Positions 63,529 through 64,000 of a stretch of 64,000 nucleotides of DNA are shown piece after piece. The stretch comes from Yuukianura sp. NJ FZ-2021. Lineage: Eukaryota. Within the stretch, counting starts at the first letter, position 1. Every line of letters starts with the position of its first letter. The position numbers were made by a program, and so were the translations under genes. The notes below the pieces were generated by a model. The model ran no database searches. It was not told the DNA's origin and saw nothing but the letters and a program-made list of their open reading frames with translations. Location: NCBI GenBank assembly GCA_046563655.1, contig CM102286.1, forward strand, positions 2,914,001 to 2,978,000, given 5' to 3'.

Positions 63529-64000
63529 CTAATACCTGGCTAGTGACAACGCAGCTACGTCTGAATTTGAACTTTATATGACTTCAACATGTATCCACAA
63601 TAGTTTTGCGAATCCGGCAAAATAGCGGGAAATGTCGATATGTAGTTTAATGTAACAAATGGGATTGGATAAATGACAATTCCTGTCAATTTCTTGTAAG
63701 AAACTTTTGATATGTGAACAAAAGTGTCATGCTGCCTGCCTATTTGTTAGAAGAAAGTGATATAAACGATTCTTCGCTAAATTTTTAAAACATACTGTAC
63801 AAAGCGCCTGGACAAACTTTGTTCCGCCTAGGTCAATAATATTTTTTTAAAAGAAATGTAGTTGAATGTCAATTTCAAAAATAAAATTGTTCTATTAGTT
63901 TGTGTGTTGACAGGTTTTGATTTTTATACCTACTTGGAGGAACAAAAATGGAAGGTTATGTTAGGTTAGGATCGATTTCAACTGGCGCGAAGTTTTGATT

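Overview
Eukaryotic, AT-rich, intron-containing arthropod DNA. The gene styles suggest a springtail or similar basal hexapod, but that is inference. The first ~40 kb hold one large + strand chaoptin-like leucine-rich-repeat gene: 15 coding exons that I joined by hand into one continuous frame of about 1513 aa, with a GPI-type C-terminus. Its first coding intron (4878-20794, ~15.9 kb) contains five intact tandem GMC oxidoreductase genes on the opposite strand, a sixth GMC relic scarred by a fold-back palindrome, and decayed LINE and Helitron-like pieces at a duplication junction. All five GMCs carry GGSGSHN, with His at the position used for covalent FAD attachment in microbial GMCs. The last LRR intron carries eight tandem palindromes matching the IR-1 ecdysone response element, and another intron holds a hAT-type MITE. 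Downstream are a secreted Ly6/quiver-type protein, a prolyl 4-hydroxylase alpha with His->Gln at an iron ligand, two gustatory-receptor-like genes, two M14A carboxypeptidases (both Arg255, one lacking its prodomain), an SLC36 amino-acid transporter, a Thr-rich C-type lectin and a Ser/Thr-rich secreted protein. All gene models come from manual reading, without expression data or database searches.
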